Of a stretch of 64,000 nt of DNA, positions 24,415 through 38,501 are shown one piece after another. The notes beneath the pieces were generated by a model. It was not told the DNA's origin, ran no database searches, and saw only the letters and a program-made list of their open reading frames with translations. The number at the start of each line of letters is the position of its first letter. The stretch's first letter is position 1. The DNA is taken from the NCBI RefSeq assembly GCF_018350175.1, contig NC_058368.1:122452001-122516000 (forward strand), in the 5' to 3' direction. Source of the DNA: Felis catus (Eukaryota). The translations under genes and the position numbers were made by a program.

Positions 24415-24598
24415 TCAAAAGTGTATTTATTTATTTTGAGAGAAATAACATGAGTAGAGAGAGGGCAGAGGGAAAGAGAGGATCCCACACTGACAGCACA
24501 GAGCCCAACATGGGGCTCGAACCCATGAACCAGGAGATCATGACCTGAGCCGAAATCATGAGTTGGTTGCTTAACTGACTGAGCCACCCAGTTGCCCC
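24415..24598 (-). mobile_element. Can-SINE
   Basis: ggggctcgaacccatgaacc...gagccacccagttgcccc. Confidence 0.88.
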
Positions 24599-25243
24599 TT
24601 GCTGCTGTTTTAATACAGGTATATTTAATCAAGATTGGAGTTTAATTGAGGGCAGTATCCTCACTATACCAAAGTTTGATAAAGTGAAAAGTATATTTTT
24701 GGAAGTAGATTTCTTGATTTCTTGCCCAAAACAAAAAACTGGAAAGTGATGGTAAATCTGGGCTCCAAATCCCACCCCCCAAATTCTCTAAGACCTTCAG
24801 TGTTAACTTATATTTTATTAGAATATATTTTAATGGAATATTTGTTATATTTATTAGAATATTAGATTATATAATTTATATAGGATATTTTATTAGAATA
24901 TTATTTATATATTCATCACGACTTCTAGCGCTCTAAAACCAATTAAAAAAATTTAAAGAGCCATTTAACCTGATAAATGGTATGGGTGATGTGGAACAAA
25001 ATCACCGATTATAACTGAATATTCTCCAGTTTGAGAAAAAAAAAACAACAACATAATGCCCCTCCCTGCTTCTCTGGTAGAGTTCCAGCCGCTGGATGTC
25101 AGAATAGAGATGGATAGAAAAGCCCCATGAGATGAGGGTAGAGGCAGAAAGATCCAAACATTTCTGAAGATGCAGTTGGTCTGGTTAGACTATAAACACT
25201 AGTCAGGTGAAGGCAAGTGGGCAGTAGTAAAAATGGAGAGGCT

Positions 25244-25436
25244 GGGGGAGCCTGGGTGGCTTAGTCAGTTAAGCATCCAATTCTTAGTTTCAGTTCAGGT
25301 CATGATCTTGTGGTTCATGAGTTCAAGCCTCGCATTGGGCTCTTGGCTGGTGGTGCAGAGCCTGCTTGGGATTCAATCTCTCACCCTCTCTCTGCCCTTC
25401 CCCCACTCACTCTCTCTCAAATAAATAAACTTTAAG
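25244..25436 (+). mobile_element. Can-SINE
   Basis: TSD aaaatggagaggct at 25230-25243 and 25437-25450. Confidence 0.92.
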
Positions 25437-27249
25437 AAAATGGAGAGGCTAGAAGGAGGGCATGAAGGGCACAAATAAGAATTTCCATGTTGGGTGGCAG
25501 TGCTGAGAAGCCCTCCTCTTGCCCTGCAGTTATGAGGCAAGGGAACCTGGTCAGTGAGGAGACATTGCTTTTCTGGCTAGACAGGCAGAGACAATAACTT
25601 GTGCCAGATGAACTTTTCATCTCTCCACTTCATCCCCTCTGGGAAACAGCCAGTCAGAATGTGTGACTCAGCACATCCTAGACCTCTCAGCACAGTTAGG
25701 ACCTCTGCAGCCACTCTCTGAATCACAAGTGGCCATTTGTGATCCCATCGATGACCCAAACTCATCCCGCTTGACTGTCTATGAAATTGGTTGCATGAAG
25801 CACAAAAAGTTTTAATTTGCATCATTTTTTTCCCCTTTGGATCCCTGATAAATTCTATAGGTAAGAGTCTGATTTAATTGTTCCTCATTATCATCTGAAC
25901 TTGTGTCTTGCCTTTTCTTTTTATATAAGTAGCAAATGGTGTTATTCCCCTTTGCCTGTTTACTGGCTATGTCATTCTCTGAGGTAACTGTCTCAAGAGA
26001 TTCTGTAGAAAATAATAATAGCCAAAATTTCCCTAGGGAAACTTCATAAATAACATCTCCAGAGCCAGTACAAATGAGCTGACAGATCACAAAGTAGCAT
26101 TCAAAGCTCTCTCCAGAGAAAGGTCAGGGCTTGAGGAACATTCACGAGTATACCAGAATATCAGGAAAATAATGTGCAAACTGTTGGGTGTGATTTTTAA
26201 AAATCATCCACCATGTTTTTCATTGTGTAAATTGTAGATTTTTGCTGATTTTCGCTCATTTTATTTGAGACTGTCATCTATGATTCCAAGCAGACAAATA
26301 CGTGTGTTACATTGTCTGAGGCTCTCCTAACACCCCACCCGCCCCCTGCCCATCAATCAAAAGTACGTCCTCTGTCAGCGTCTATCCTAGTATCCTGCAC
26401 TTTTCTTTCATGGCCTCTACCACATTTTATGACTACATATTTGTTGTGCAAATATTATTTATCTCTTATAGATCATTAGCTTTAAGGAGAGGGAAACCAT
26501 GTTCCTTGGTTTCGTTCTTTACTCTCAACACCTTGTGTAAGTAAAGATACAATAAATATTTGTAAAATGGCCGCTAACTAAACAAGTGCTCCTTCTGTAC
26601 CAAGTTGTATTCCAGAGGTCGCTGATGGAAGCTGAGATGAGCAGAACACAAATTCTTCAAATTATTCAGCCAAATAACAAATTCAGGCCAAAAAATATAT
26701 TGATGGTTATAATACAGTATAACACAATGAAACCATTTATACTTAGGTTTCTGGAGTGTTCTATAAAGAAATGGCAGACTGCTGCAGAAGTCCAGAGAGG
26801 GGAACACAGAGGGGTAACGTTTATGTTTGGCAAGAAGAAGTCAAGAAATTCTGAGGTAGAGGGGAGATGAACCTAAACCCAGAGTCTTTATGTCTCCTGA
26901 GATGTACATAGAAGTTTCTTGGGACTAAAAAGGAAGTTTCCATGAGTATTTATTATAGCTATTTGAAGATAGTTCCCTCAGATTCATTCTAACTACTGCC
27001 TAAAAGATCTACATAAACTCCCAATTACCCATGTTTATAAATTTAAGATACATGAGTGTTTAACCTGGATACACTGTACACACAACATATAAAGAGTGGA
27101 TGAGGTCATTTATGGATGTCTTGATGAAGATGTGGAAGGTGTGGGTTCTTCCTTGAAGAACTTTATAAGACTACTTATGAGCCAGAGAAAAATCACTTTA
27201 TAAATGAATTTCAAATCTTCTTCCCCTACTGCTAGGTTTTTCTGAAGTT

Positions 27250-27860
27250 GCATATACCAGCATATGTGTGTAATATCTTTATTTTCCTTTTGTGGTTGTG
27301 TCGATCCTTTTTTAAATATATCCTTTTTCTGTTCACTAAGCATCTGCCCTATAATGCATATGGTAGTATAACATTGCTCTTTTCCCCATTTTGTCGCCAT
27401 AATACATCTTAGAAATCTTTCCAGATCAGAATATATAGATCTGCCTCATTTTTTAAATTGTTGCGCCATCTGTAGTATGAGTTTACCGTGATTTATTCAC
27501 TTGCTCCCCTACTGACAGGCATGCAAATTGTTTTTTATTTTATATGCTGTAATGAGTGTTCCTGTAAGTAAATCGTGTTATGATTTTTCAAGTGTATCCA
27601 CAGTGAAAGTTCCTGGCAATGAAAGTACAGGGTCAAAAACCATATGGGATTTTTTTGGTTTTTTTTTCATTTTGGTTTTGAAGAGATGTTTCTAAGATGT
27701 CTTCACAGGAGCTTCCACCAAATTGGCCTCCATCAGAGCATAAGAGAGCATCCATTTTTCCTGTCCTTGCCCACCATTACTCTCCTCAAACCTTGATGGA
27801 AGTGTTCTCACTCTGATACTTTAATGACTAAAATTTGTCTGTACTTATTTGGATTGTAAA
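27250..27860 (-). mobile_element. Old L1 (L1ME-like) 3' fragment
   Basis: Degenerate L1 3'-end antisense text (tatagatctgcctcatttttt...ctccccta ctgacaggcat). Confidence 0.5.
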
Positions 27861-27982
27861 TTCACTTCCTCTAAATCTATAGCAGAGAGAGTTTACATTG
27901 TTGTCTCGAGTTGGTTCCAGTGTTATCCAAACCATTAATCTTTCTTGACCTCAGCCTGTCATCCATGCTGTGGCATTTCAGT

Positions 27983-27986
27983 TGCG

Positions 27987-28038
<52 letters not shown>
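27983..28038. repeat. (GC)n(AC)n alternating purine-pyrimidine microsatellite
   Basis: Direct reading. Confidence 0.95.
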
Positions 28039-28039
<1 letters not shown>

Positions 28040-28559
28040 CAACAACTGGGTATGGTTTCTGTCAACTACTGAAATCAGGCTTGTGTACACTTTGGACTTT
28101 CTGTGTTGTCATGGCAAATGAATGAGGTGAAATAATACTGTTTGGTTTTATTTTTTTTCCTGAATTTCACACTAGATACACTTAGGAAAATTGCTACAGA
28201 GCCACAAGAGGAGAAATAGGATGGGCCATTGCTCCAAAGACACATTTTAAAATTCTGATCCATACTTAACGACTGGGACAGTGTACCCTAACCTCCACTT
28301 GACCCATTCCTGATGGAGCTCTTCTCACGAAAGCTAATGCTCTTCCCAAACTGTGAAAAGCCTGCTGTGAGTACTCCCTTCAGAGTCTAAAAAAACACAG
28401 ATTAATTGTTCTATCATTTGGGTGCACAGGACAACATTGGTTCTTAAAAACTCTTCTATGGAGATGCCTGGCCAATGATCACAAACATCCCACCAGTGGA
28501 ATGAGACTACCCAAGAGGCATACAAATTGAATTCTGGAAGTTGACTCGAAGGGCATTTA

Positions 28560-28777
28560 CATTTTTTTTAACGTTTATTTATTATTAGGAGACAGAGAGA
28601 GACTGACCATGAGCAGGGGAGGGACAGAGAGAGAGGGAGACACAGAATCGGAAGCAGGTTCCAGGCTCCAAGCTGTCAGCACAGACAGCCCCAACGTGGG
28701 TCTCGAACTCACTAACTGAGAGCTCATGACCTGAGCCGAAGTCGGATGCTTAACCGACTGAGCCACCCAGGCGCCCC
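28560..28777 (-). mobile_element. Can-SINE
   Basis: Head ends cccaggcgcccc; TSD-like ggcattta. Confidence 0.92.
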
Positions 28778-28994
28778 AAGGCATTTAAATAATTATTCTA
28801 TTCCCTGGCAGGATTTTATGGTAACCTTTGGATGCTTTTTGTTTCGTGAACTTCACTGGCTCTTGTTCACACAATATGTGTGTTAATTGTGTGGATTTGG
28901 ATGCAATCCTGCCTCCACAATTTCCTAACGTGTGATTCTTGAACAAATATATAACTTCTCTACACCATCATCCTTTTTTCCTGTACTCCCTGTC

Positions 28995-30751
28995 CTTTTT
29001 AAAAGTAACAATTTTATTGAGGTATATTTTACATGTCATAAAATTCACTCATTTCAAGGGAACCATTCAGTGATCTTTAGCAATTTTAGGGAGTAGTACA
29101 ATAATTGCTATAAATTGATTTCTAAATCTTTTCATCCTCCCAGTAGGATTGCTTGTACCCATTTAGAGTTAATCCCATGCCCCACCCTGAGCCCCAGGCA
29201 GTTACTAATCTGTTCTCTGTATCTATACATTGGCCCATTCTGGCAAGTTCATGTAAGTGACATTACAAATAAGTAATCTCTTGTGCCAGGCTCCTTTTCA
29301 CAAAGCATTATGTTCATGCGGCTCATCCGTGTTATAGAATGTGCTAGTGGCTCATTCCTCGTTAGTGGGGAAATCTATTCCGCTGGATGAATATGCCTCA
29401 TTTTGTCTGTCCATTCACCAGTTAATGAGTAGTTAGCTTTTCTCTAGTTCTTGGCAATTCCAAATAAGGCTGCAACAAATATTTATGTACAGGTCTTTTC
29501 ATGGAAATATGTTTTACTTTTCTTGCTTAGATATCTTGGAGTAGAATTGCTAGGTGAAATGGTAGTACTATGTTTAACTTTTTGAGAGGCTCACAAACTG
29601 CCTTCCAAAGTGATTGCACCATTTACATTTCACCAGAGGTGTATGAGGGTTCCCTTTTCTCTGCATCCTAAACCAACATTTCTTATCATCTCTTATTTAT
29701 TGTAGCCATTCAGATAGGCATGACATTTGTGATTTTAATTTCCACTTTTCTACTTCCTAATGATATTGACCACCTTTTCATGTGTATTTTCCTTAGTGAA
29801 ATATCTGTTCATATCTCTTCCCATTTTTTGATTGGCTTGTCTTATTATTGAGTTGTAATAGTCCTTTGTAAATTCTGGATATAATTCTTTATTGGTTATA
29901 TATTTTGGAGATCTTTCCTCCTACTCTGTTGCTTGCCTTTTCACTTTCTTAATGGTGTCTTTTGAAGTGCAAAAGTTTTGAACTGTGGTAATGTCTAATT
30001 CATCAATTTTTTAATGGATGCATTCATTTAATTTTTTAATTTTTTAATGTCCAAACACCATTTGTTAAATCCACTCTCCTTTCCCAGTACTTTTGCCAAA
30101 AATCAATGGACTATGAAACTTTATCTCTCGACTCATAATTCTGTTCCATTGACCTATATGGCTATCCTACGGCAGTACCACACTGTCTTAACAAGTATAG
30201 CTTTATAGGACATTTAGGAATTGGAAAGGTAAAGTCTTCTGGATTTTTCCTCTTCAAAATTATCTTGGCTATTCTAGATATTTTGCCGTTCCTTGTAAAT
30301 TTTAGGAACTGCTTGCCAATTTATGCAAAAAGAAAAAGCTTGTGGCAATTTGATAGGAATTGCCTTGATTCTATAGATCAATTTGGGCATAACTGAAATC
30401 TTAGCAATATTTGGGTCTTTCAATCCATGAACACGGAGTAGTTATTTAGAACTCTTTAATTTTCCTAAGCAAAGTCTTGTACAAAATTTCCTAAATTTAT
30501 TCCAAAGCATTTTATTGTTTCTGAAACTTTTGTGAATGCAGTTGTACTTAATTTCATTTTCATACTGTTTATTGCTTATTTAGAAAAATAGAATTGATTT
30601 TTGCATATCAATCTAGTACTCTGCAACCTTACATATTTTATTTTTCTAATAGTTTTTCATGGTTTCCTTATGATTTTCTATGCAGAATCATGTTGTATGT
30701 GATTAAAAGTAGTTTTGTTTCCTCCTTTCTGATATGTATGTCTTTTACTGA

Positions 30752-30799
<48 letters not shown>

Positions 30800-31197
30800 T
30801 TCTTTTAGCTAGTTACACTGGCTAGAATCTCCAGTACTACACTAAATAGAAGTGACAGCAGATGATTTTGCTTTCCCTCTGATGCTAGAGGTAAAGCATT
30901 CAGCCTTTCCCAATAAGTATCATGGTCACTGTAGGTTTTATCACAGATGCCCTATATCAGATTAAGGAAGCTCTCTTTTATTTCAAGTTCATTAAAAGTT
31001 TTTATCATGAATCAGTGTTGTATCTTGTGAAATGCTTTTCCTGTATTTATTGGGATGATCATATGTTTTGTCCTTAATTTTATTATTATGTTGTATTATA
31101 TTAATTGATTTCCAGGTGTTAATCTCATTTGGCCATGGTGTAGAATTTTTTTAGTATGTTGATGGATTTGGTTTGCTGTTTTTTTTTTTTTGAGGAT
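28995..31197 (-). mobile_element. Old L1 (L1MB/MC-like) 3' region and part of ORF2; contains (TAT)n at about 30757-30798
   Basis: ttttattgaggtatattttaca...aaattcactcattt 3' end; ORF2 antisense text such as tgccttgattctatagatcaatttggg. Confidence 0.8.
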
Positions 31198-32089
31198 TAA
31201 ACGTGACTCCTTAGGATCAATAAAAATGGGGAAATGATACTATTTACCTCATATGTTTGTAGTAACAATTAAATATATTAACACACAAAGTACCTAACAT
31301 GGTATCAGACACATAGTAAAAGTTCAGTTAACGGGAACCATGTTGCTTAGACCATTGGCAGTAAATGTCTTCATATAATTGCCTCTTATAAAATAAGAGG
31401 AAACAGCTGCATAAAATTAATCTGCTTCATACCAGAGCTATATTTAATATTCATGGATGGAAAGAGAAAGGTAATTAAAATAAGAGCTAACAGTTACCCA
31501 TTACAAGCTATCTTCCAGGCACTGTTTTAAGTACTTAATATATATTAACTCGCTTAATCTTCCCGATATCCCTATGAGGTATGTACCATTATACATGGGG
31601 ATGGTGAGGGCTTTTCTAACTTGTGCCAGTTATAAAGACATTAAGAGGAAGACCTGGGATTTGGACACAAGGAGTCTGGCCCCAGGGCCATGTTCTTTAC
31701 TACTATGTTATGTGCCATGTTTTATGCTAATTACTTTACAAACATCATATCTAATATACTCTTTGCCACATGGTACGTAAAATTACTACCAATGTGCAGA
31801 TATCTTCTCTGAGTTTGTTTCGTTTAACAGATTTGCTCCAAATTCACATGTGATATTTAAGCCCAACTGTAATGACATATTTTCTAACTGTGTTTTGGGT
31901 TTTTAATTAATTCTTCCTTTGATGAATGAATCGCTATCTTTTTTTCACCAAAACCTGAGAACTTTTAGAAGTGATAACTAATGTCAGGAATTCACTTCCC
32001 TTGCTTTTCTAGATAATGCTAGCAGAACTGACCCTTGCTCAGGTAGAGTCTGAATAGGGATTTGGCCTTAAGCAGCAGGTTTTCCTAGG

Positions 32090-32356
32090 GTCACATTTTT
32101 CAAACTTTTTTGACTGCAACCCCTAGAAAGAAATATATTTTTCATTACAACCCAGTAGATATACCCACAGAGACGCACATTATATTCACAAAAACAAAAG
32201 TTTCATAGACAATGTTTAGTCGCACATGTTAACAACATTTTTTTTCCTATGCTTTACAGTCTACTTTATTTCTTCAAAAAAAGAGCTTGTTAGAGCCCAC
32301 AGAACTGATTTCACAACCCATTAATGGGTTATAAGCCACAATTTGAAAAACACTGC
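32090..32356. mobile_element. hAT-Charlie-type MITE
   Basis: ttttcaaac...tttgaaaaacactg inverted ends; tttcacaacccattaatggg core, also seen at about 1805-1845. Confidence 0.55.
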
Positions 32357-33544
32357 ATTGGAAATATTTTAGATCTCTTCCAATGCTCAGATGCCAGTTT
32401 ATCTCAAGATGGCTTCCATGAGACACCTTTAGGCATATGAGTGACTTCTTTGAACTTAATTGGTAACCATGCTAATTTCTAAAAATAGAACCTAGGGAAT
32501 GTATATCAGACACACCCAAAACTTGTGTTTTAACCTTATCTCCTTCCTTTCTTCAGTTCATTTATTAACTTGTTATTTTTCTCTACAACTATTTATAGAG
32601 GGTACATTTCAGGCAGTGTCCAGGTACTAAGGAGTCAAGGATGAGTAAAAGCAGGACTGCACCCTGATGGCATTGTGGGAATGAAGACATTCAATTCAAA
32701 AGCATACAAGAAAATATTTTCAAATTATGCTAAATTCTGTGAACAAGAATATGGTATTGTATATAACAGGAGGACCTGATTAAATATGGAGTGTCAGAAA
32801 TGTCTCTGCAAGAAGTGTCACTTGGGCTGAGGGTGAAAGATGAAGAGAAAAGAACCAGGCCACTGACAACATCATGAAGATAGGCGCGAGCCATACAACA
32901 CCACAGTCTTCTAAGGCTGAAGAGAGAATGAACTAGTAGGGGAGGAATGGAAGAGAAAGATCTAAAGAGAAGTCTGAAAAAGTAAACAGAGACAGACCAT
33001 GCAGGATCCTACAGACCATGGAAAGAGGTGAAAGGGCTTTATGAGGTGGGATGATGCAAGACTCATGACATAAAAATAGAACTAGGGTGTAGAGAATGGA
33101 TTGGGGAGGTCCAAGGTTGTACAGAGAGACCTAGGAAGAGCTATTGTAGTTGTCTGGGTCAAACATGATGGAACAGGGCTGACTAGGTGGTAGTCTTCTG
33201 CTACATACCTCTTATCCCAGTGAGTGCCCTGCAATGCATTTCACGTTCATTGGGACCAGACTTAATAATTTTGGAGCTGTCGGCTAAGAAATGAAAGTCA
33301 TAAAAATGCAACAGCGAGTCTCTGTGATAAATGGGCAAGGCATAAGAAAGCTCTCACTCTTTTATTAATAAATACCAGACTACGATATGAACTTGCATAT
33401 TCTAGTTATCACCAAACTGTATCATGCCCACCTATTTTCCTGGATATGGTTCTGGAAAATCAAATACTTATCTTCCCTTTCTCTGAGAGTTTTTAAGATC
33501 TGTCTGAAGGGCTTCAGATCTCATATGCTGCAGGAGAAACATGA

Positions 33545-33578
33545 TTTTTAAAAAAATTTTTTTAACATTTTTATTCTT

Positions 33579-33609
<31 letters not shown>

Positions 33610-33776
33610 CGTGCGAGTGGGAGAAAGGCAGAGAGGGAAGGAGACACAGAATCCGAAGCAGGCTCCAGGCTCTGAGCTGTCAGCAGAGCCCGACGCGGGG
33701 CTTGAACTCACGAACTGTGAGATCATGACCTGAGCCGAAGTCGGAGGCTTAACCGACTGAGCCACCCAGGCGCCCC
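33545..33776 (-). mobile_element. Can-SINE
   Basis: (AG)n, head cccaggcgcccc; TSD-like gagaaa(c/ag)atgattttta. Confidence 0.92.
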
Positions 33777-35547
33777 GAGAAAGATGATTTTTAACAACCA
33801 AACTGACTCCATGATTAAATAAATTTATATTCATACTGGACAAAGGAAGCATGTTGCCTCTTGCCTGGGCTGCTTCTTTCTTTGATTAATAATCCTTTGC
33901 ACAGTAGAATACTGTTGCTAACTCGCCATGCCTGGCACCTTTATCAGTCTGTTCTTGAAATAAAAATAACTCAAGTCTCCGTAAAAGCAGTTTGTTCATC
34001 AGGGCGAATTTAATAATATCATCGCCCCTACTTAGAGTTAAGCGGAGTGATGGGAGAGGAGTCCTTAGGTATGTCGCTCGGTTTCCCACCTCCACCTGCC
34101 TCCCATGGGGAGCCGAACAGTCAACAGCTGACCTGTGTGCTAGCCTGTCTATATAGGCTGTTTCCCTTGGCATCTAGTTATGTTTATGGCTAGTGCTCTC
34201 TTCTCCTTTTCTTGATACCCAGGCCTCGCCCATTTTACCATCCCTACCCCACTTGCCTCCTAACCCAACAGACTTGCTCATATCCCATGAGGGATCATCA
34301 TTTCTGTTTCATTAACTGAGAGCAGCCCAAGGTGCAACAGGTCCCAGGCACGATTAGATGTTAATTAGCACATCGTTGCTTACTGGAAGACCTATAAAAC
34401 ACAACAAATACAATGTGTAGTAGTGCAGTGGGAAGCAGTGTGAACCAGATGGCAGGGATCCAGGCATCTTCTCTGGTGCTCATTAAACCTACAGCAGGGA
34501 TGACCAGCAAGTCATGACACTGAGGTAAACAATATCATTTCCAAAAGACAATATGAAAAAGTATTCGTTGTCAGATTTTTACAAAGCACTTCCTGTGTTT
34601 CTGTCTAAACTCCCTCCCCAAGGGCTTAATTTCTGTCATCTTCCTTGTGAATCAGTCTTTGGTGGTAAACAAAATTTTGTTCATTGGACCAGTAAGCATG
34701 AGGGACTTTTAGTCTCCATTAGAATTGTTACTGCCTCAGATTAATGCTTCATTGAGTTTCTCTTGTTTCTTTTCCTTGCACGTTCCCTCCTTCTTTAGCA
34801 CAATGATCATTATGTTATGAAGAATAAAAAATACTAAGTACGGTTCTTCAAGTGATTGATATTCTACATTTCTTTCCTAAGCAAAGAATTTGTCACTAGG
34901 AATTAGTCCGCATCCCTGGGCACTGCTAGCAGGCACTTCTTTGATTCAAATAAAACTTGGAAATGTGATCTCAGTGACATTATGTCAAAAGAAACATGTC
35001 AAAACAGTGCTGATACAGAGAGCTTTATTGTGCCTAGAAACCATGTCTGTGCTTTGAAGGAAACAAAACAAATCATAGCAGCAGGAACGCATTTTTACAA
35101 GAGGCTCTTTGCAAACAGCAGAGGCCAGTTACCCTCTCCTGTGTCTCATTTCCTCTTTCGAAGTCTCCACCCCATGCTCTTTCAAGTGTGAAGTCCATGC
35201 CTGATTCTATGTCCTGCCTAAAACTCTTCAATGTCATCCTGACGCCTACAGCCTCATTTACAGGCACCTGTCATGGGATCTGCCCAGTGTGTTCCTCTCT
35301 AGGCTCAAGCTGCCCCATCATACCTGCTGTTAAAGCAAACCCAAACTATTTTCTTTTCCCCACTCACACTATTTCCTTCCCATGCCTGTGCTTAATATGG
35401 GCTATTTTTCTCTGTCAAATTTTACTTTTGGACCCGGAGAACTCTTCACCTCTACCATGTATTATTAGGTGTTTGACATTGTGCAAATTACTGGGCCTTG
35501 ATTCCCTCATCTGTAAAATAGGAGCTTAGGACCAACATTTTGGGGAC

Positions 35548-35599
35548 CATTTTGGGGGTGCCACTTGTAGAAGCATTTTGGGGGTGCCACTTGTAGAAG
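35548..35599. repeat. Perfect 26-bp tandem duplication cattttgggggtgccacttgtagaag x2
   Basis: Copies at 35548-35573 and 35574-35599; partial cattttgggg at 35536. Confidence 0.95.
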
Positions 35600-36284
35600 G
35601 CTTCAGCACCTGCCCCGGGGAAGTGACTTAATGGAGACATCAGTGGCACTGGCTTTATTTTGTGGTTATTACTGTCACCATCCTTCAAAATGTGACTCAG
35701 GTCTTACTTCTGCTGAGAAGGTTTCCCTTACCTCCCCATCCCAAAGACTGAGTGAATTACTTCCTTGTACCATGTATTTACTTTTTTATTGCCCTTTTAT
35801 ATCTTTTTCTTATCATTAATGTGGTACATGATTTGTTATAATGTTGCTGGGTAATGAAGTTGATCGTGTGGAAAACTGGGAATGAGAATGGTTCCAGGAC
35901 ACCTTGTAATTCATATTTTATGGACCTACTGCAATAGTGTGGTTAGGATCTGATTGTTACTGGTAAATGGATGAGTGGAGTTTTCTTTACTTCCTGGGCT
36001 TTATAGCTTTGTAAGCTAATAGTTACTGAGTGCTTACTATATGTCAGGCAGGAGACATTAAATGTTATATTTGTTCCTTACTATGATCAATGTGGTAGAT
36101 ATTGTTATTATTCCCCTTTTTACATGTGGAAACTGAAGGTCTAGGGTCACAGAGCTAGCGATAGACCATCTGCTCCCAGAGCTTGAACTCTTCGGTCAAG
36201 AACACTCTGTTCTGACCTATGAGGTGTGATTTGCCTCTGGGCCTCCTTAGCGTGTAAATGTATTTGATACACTTTCATTTCTAA

Positions 36285-36554
<270 letters not shown>

Positions 36555-36648
36555 TGAACATGACAGGTAACCCTCACTGAACTCCTGTAACAGTCCCTTG
36601 AGGTAGGTTTATTGTCCCCATTTTGAAGGTTAAAAAAAAAAAATGAGT

Positions 36649-36873
36649 GGGGCGCCTGGGTGGCGCAGTCGGTTAAGTGTCCGATTTCAGCCAGGTCACG
36701 ATCTCACGGCCCGTGATTTCGAGCCCCGCGTCAGGCTCTGGGCTGATGGCTCGGAGCCTGGAGCCTGTTTCCGATTCTGTGTCTCCCTCTCTCTCTGCCC
36801 CTCTCCCGTTCATGCTCTGTCTCTCTCTGTCCCAAAAATAAATAAATGTTGAAAAAAAAATTAAAAAAAAAAA
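36649..36873 (+). mobile_element. Young felid SINE about 180 bp downstream of the 174-nt exon
   Basis: ggggcgcctgggtggcgcagtcggttaag; TSD (a)n-tgag; inserted within MIR-like sequence. Confidence 0.95.
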
Positions 36874-37091
36874 TGAGCACATTGAGCTTAATTCACTCAA
36901 GGTCACAGTTAGTAAATAATAATACCAGAATCAATGAATATTGGCATTAGACAAAAGGTGACATATAGGGATGTATGTCCTTCATTTGGGGAATCTGTGC
37001 TAAGTGAAAACAAGCAAATAACACAAGTTGCTATAAACTCAGACAATGGACAGAAAAGGGTAATGCTTTATATTTGTAAAGATATTGGTAG

Positions 37092-37177
37092 CTTGGTTTA
37101 TTCGTTTCAAGTTTTTATTTGAATTCTACTTAGTTAACATATAGTGTAATATTGGTCGCAGGAATAGAATTTAGTGA
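37092..37177 (-). mobile_element. Extremely 5'-truncated L1 3' end
   Basis: TSD tgtaaaga(t/c)attggtag at 37075-37091 and 37178-37194; tagttaacatatagtgtaatatt resembles the L1 terminus at 37370. Confidence 0.8.
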
Positions 37178-37340
37178 TGTAAAGACATTGGTAGTTTTCA
37201 TGATGATTTCTTATATAGTATCTTACTTGATCTCTATAATAACTTGTGATAAGTGATTAGAGAAGTTGGACCACATTCAACGTGAGAAAACCATGATGTG
37301 GAGATATTAAGTTTTCATCTGGTTTATATATGAGAATTTT

Positions 37341-38501
37341 TTATTAAGTTTTTAATTTTAATTCCTAGATAGTTAACATACAGTGGTATATTAGCTTCAG
37401 GTGTACAGTATAGTGATTCAAGGCTTCCATACATTACTCCATGTTCATCATCATAAGTGCACTCCTTAATCCCCTTTACCTATTTCACCCATCCCCCCCC
37501 CACACACACACACATTTCCCCTCAGATAACCATCAGTTGGTTCTCTATAGTTAAGGGTCTGTTTCTTGGTTTGTTTGTCTGTCTGTCTGTCTGTCCCTCT
37601 CTCTCTCCCTCCCTCCCTTTTTTCCCCTTTGTTTGTTGTTTTGTTTCTTAAATTCCACATACAAGAGAGATCATATGGTATTTGTCTTTCTCTGACTGAC
37701 TTATTTCACTTAGCATTATACTCTACCTCCATCCATTTCACAGTACTAGAAGTCCTAGCCACAGCAATCAGACAACAAAAAGAAATAAAAGGAATCCAAA
37801 TTGGTAAGGAAGAAGTAAAACTTTCACTATTTGAAGATGACATGATACTATATATGTAAAACCCTAAAGACTCTACCAAAAAAAACTAATAGAACTGATT
37901 AATTAATTCAGTCAAGTCGCAGGATACAAAATCAATGTACAGAAATCTGTTGCATTTTATACACCAATAATGAAGAAGCAGAAAGTGAGATTAAGAAAAT
38001 AATCCCATTTACAAATACAAACAAAAACAATACAACAGGACAATAAAATATCTAGGAATAAGCTTAATCAAAGAGGTGAAAGACCTGTACTCTGAAAACG
38101 ATAAAACATTGATGAAAGAAATTGAAGATTACACAAAGAAACGGAAAGACATTCCACGCTCATGGGTTGGAAGAACAAATATTGTTAAAATGTCTATGCT
38201 ACCCAAAGCAATCTATACATTAAGTGCAATCCCTATCAAAATACCAACAGCATTTTTCACAGAGCTACAACAAACAGTCCTAAAATTTGTATGGAACCAA
38301 ATAGCCGAGAGACCCTGAATAACCAAAGCAACCTTGAAAAAAGAAAAACAAAAGTTGAACTAACACAATTCCAGACTTCAAGTTCGAATAGAAAGCTGTA
38401 ATAATCAAAACAGTATGGTACTGGCATAAAAATAGACACAAAGATCACTGGAACTGAATGGAAAACCCAGCAATAAACCCACAATTATATCATCAATTAT
38501 T
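37341..38501 (-). mobile_element. 5'-inverted (twin-primed) L1
   Basis: 3' end on the - strand at 37341-37735, ORF2 RT segment on the + strand at about 37738-38501; TSD tatgagaatttt at 37329-37340 and 38502-38513. Confidence 0.9.
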
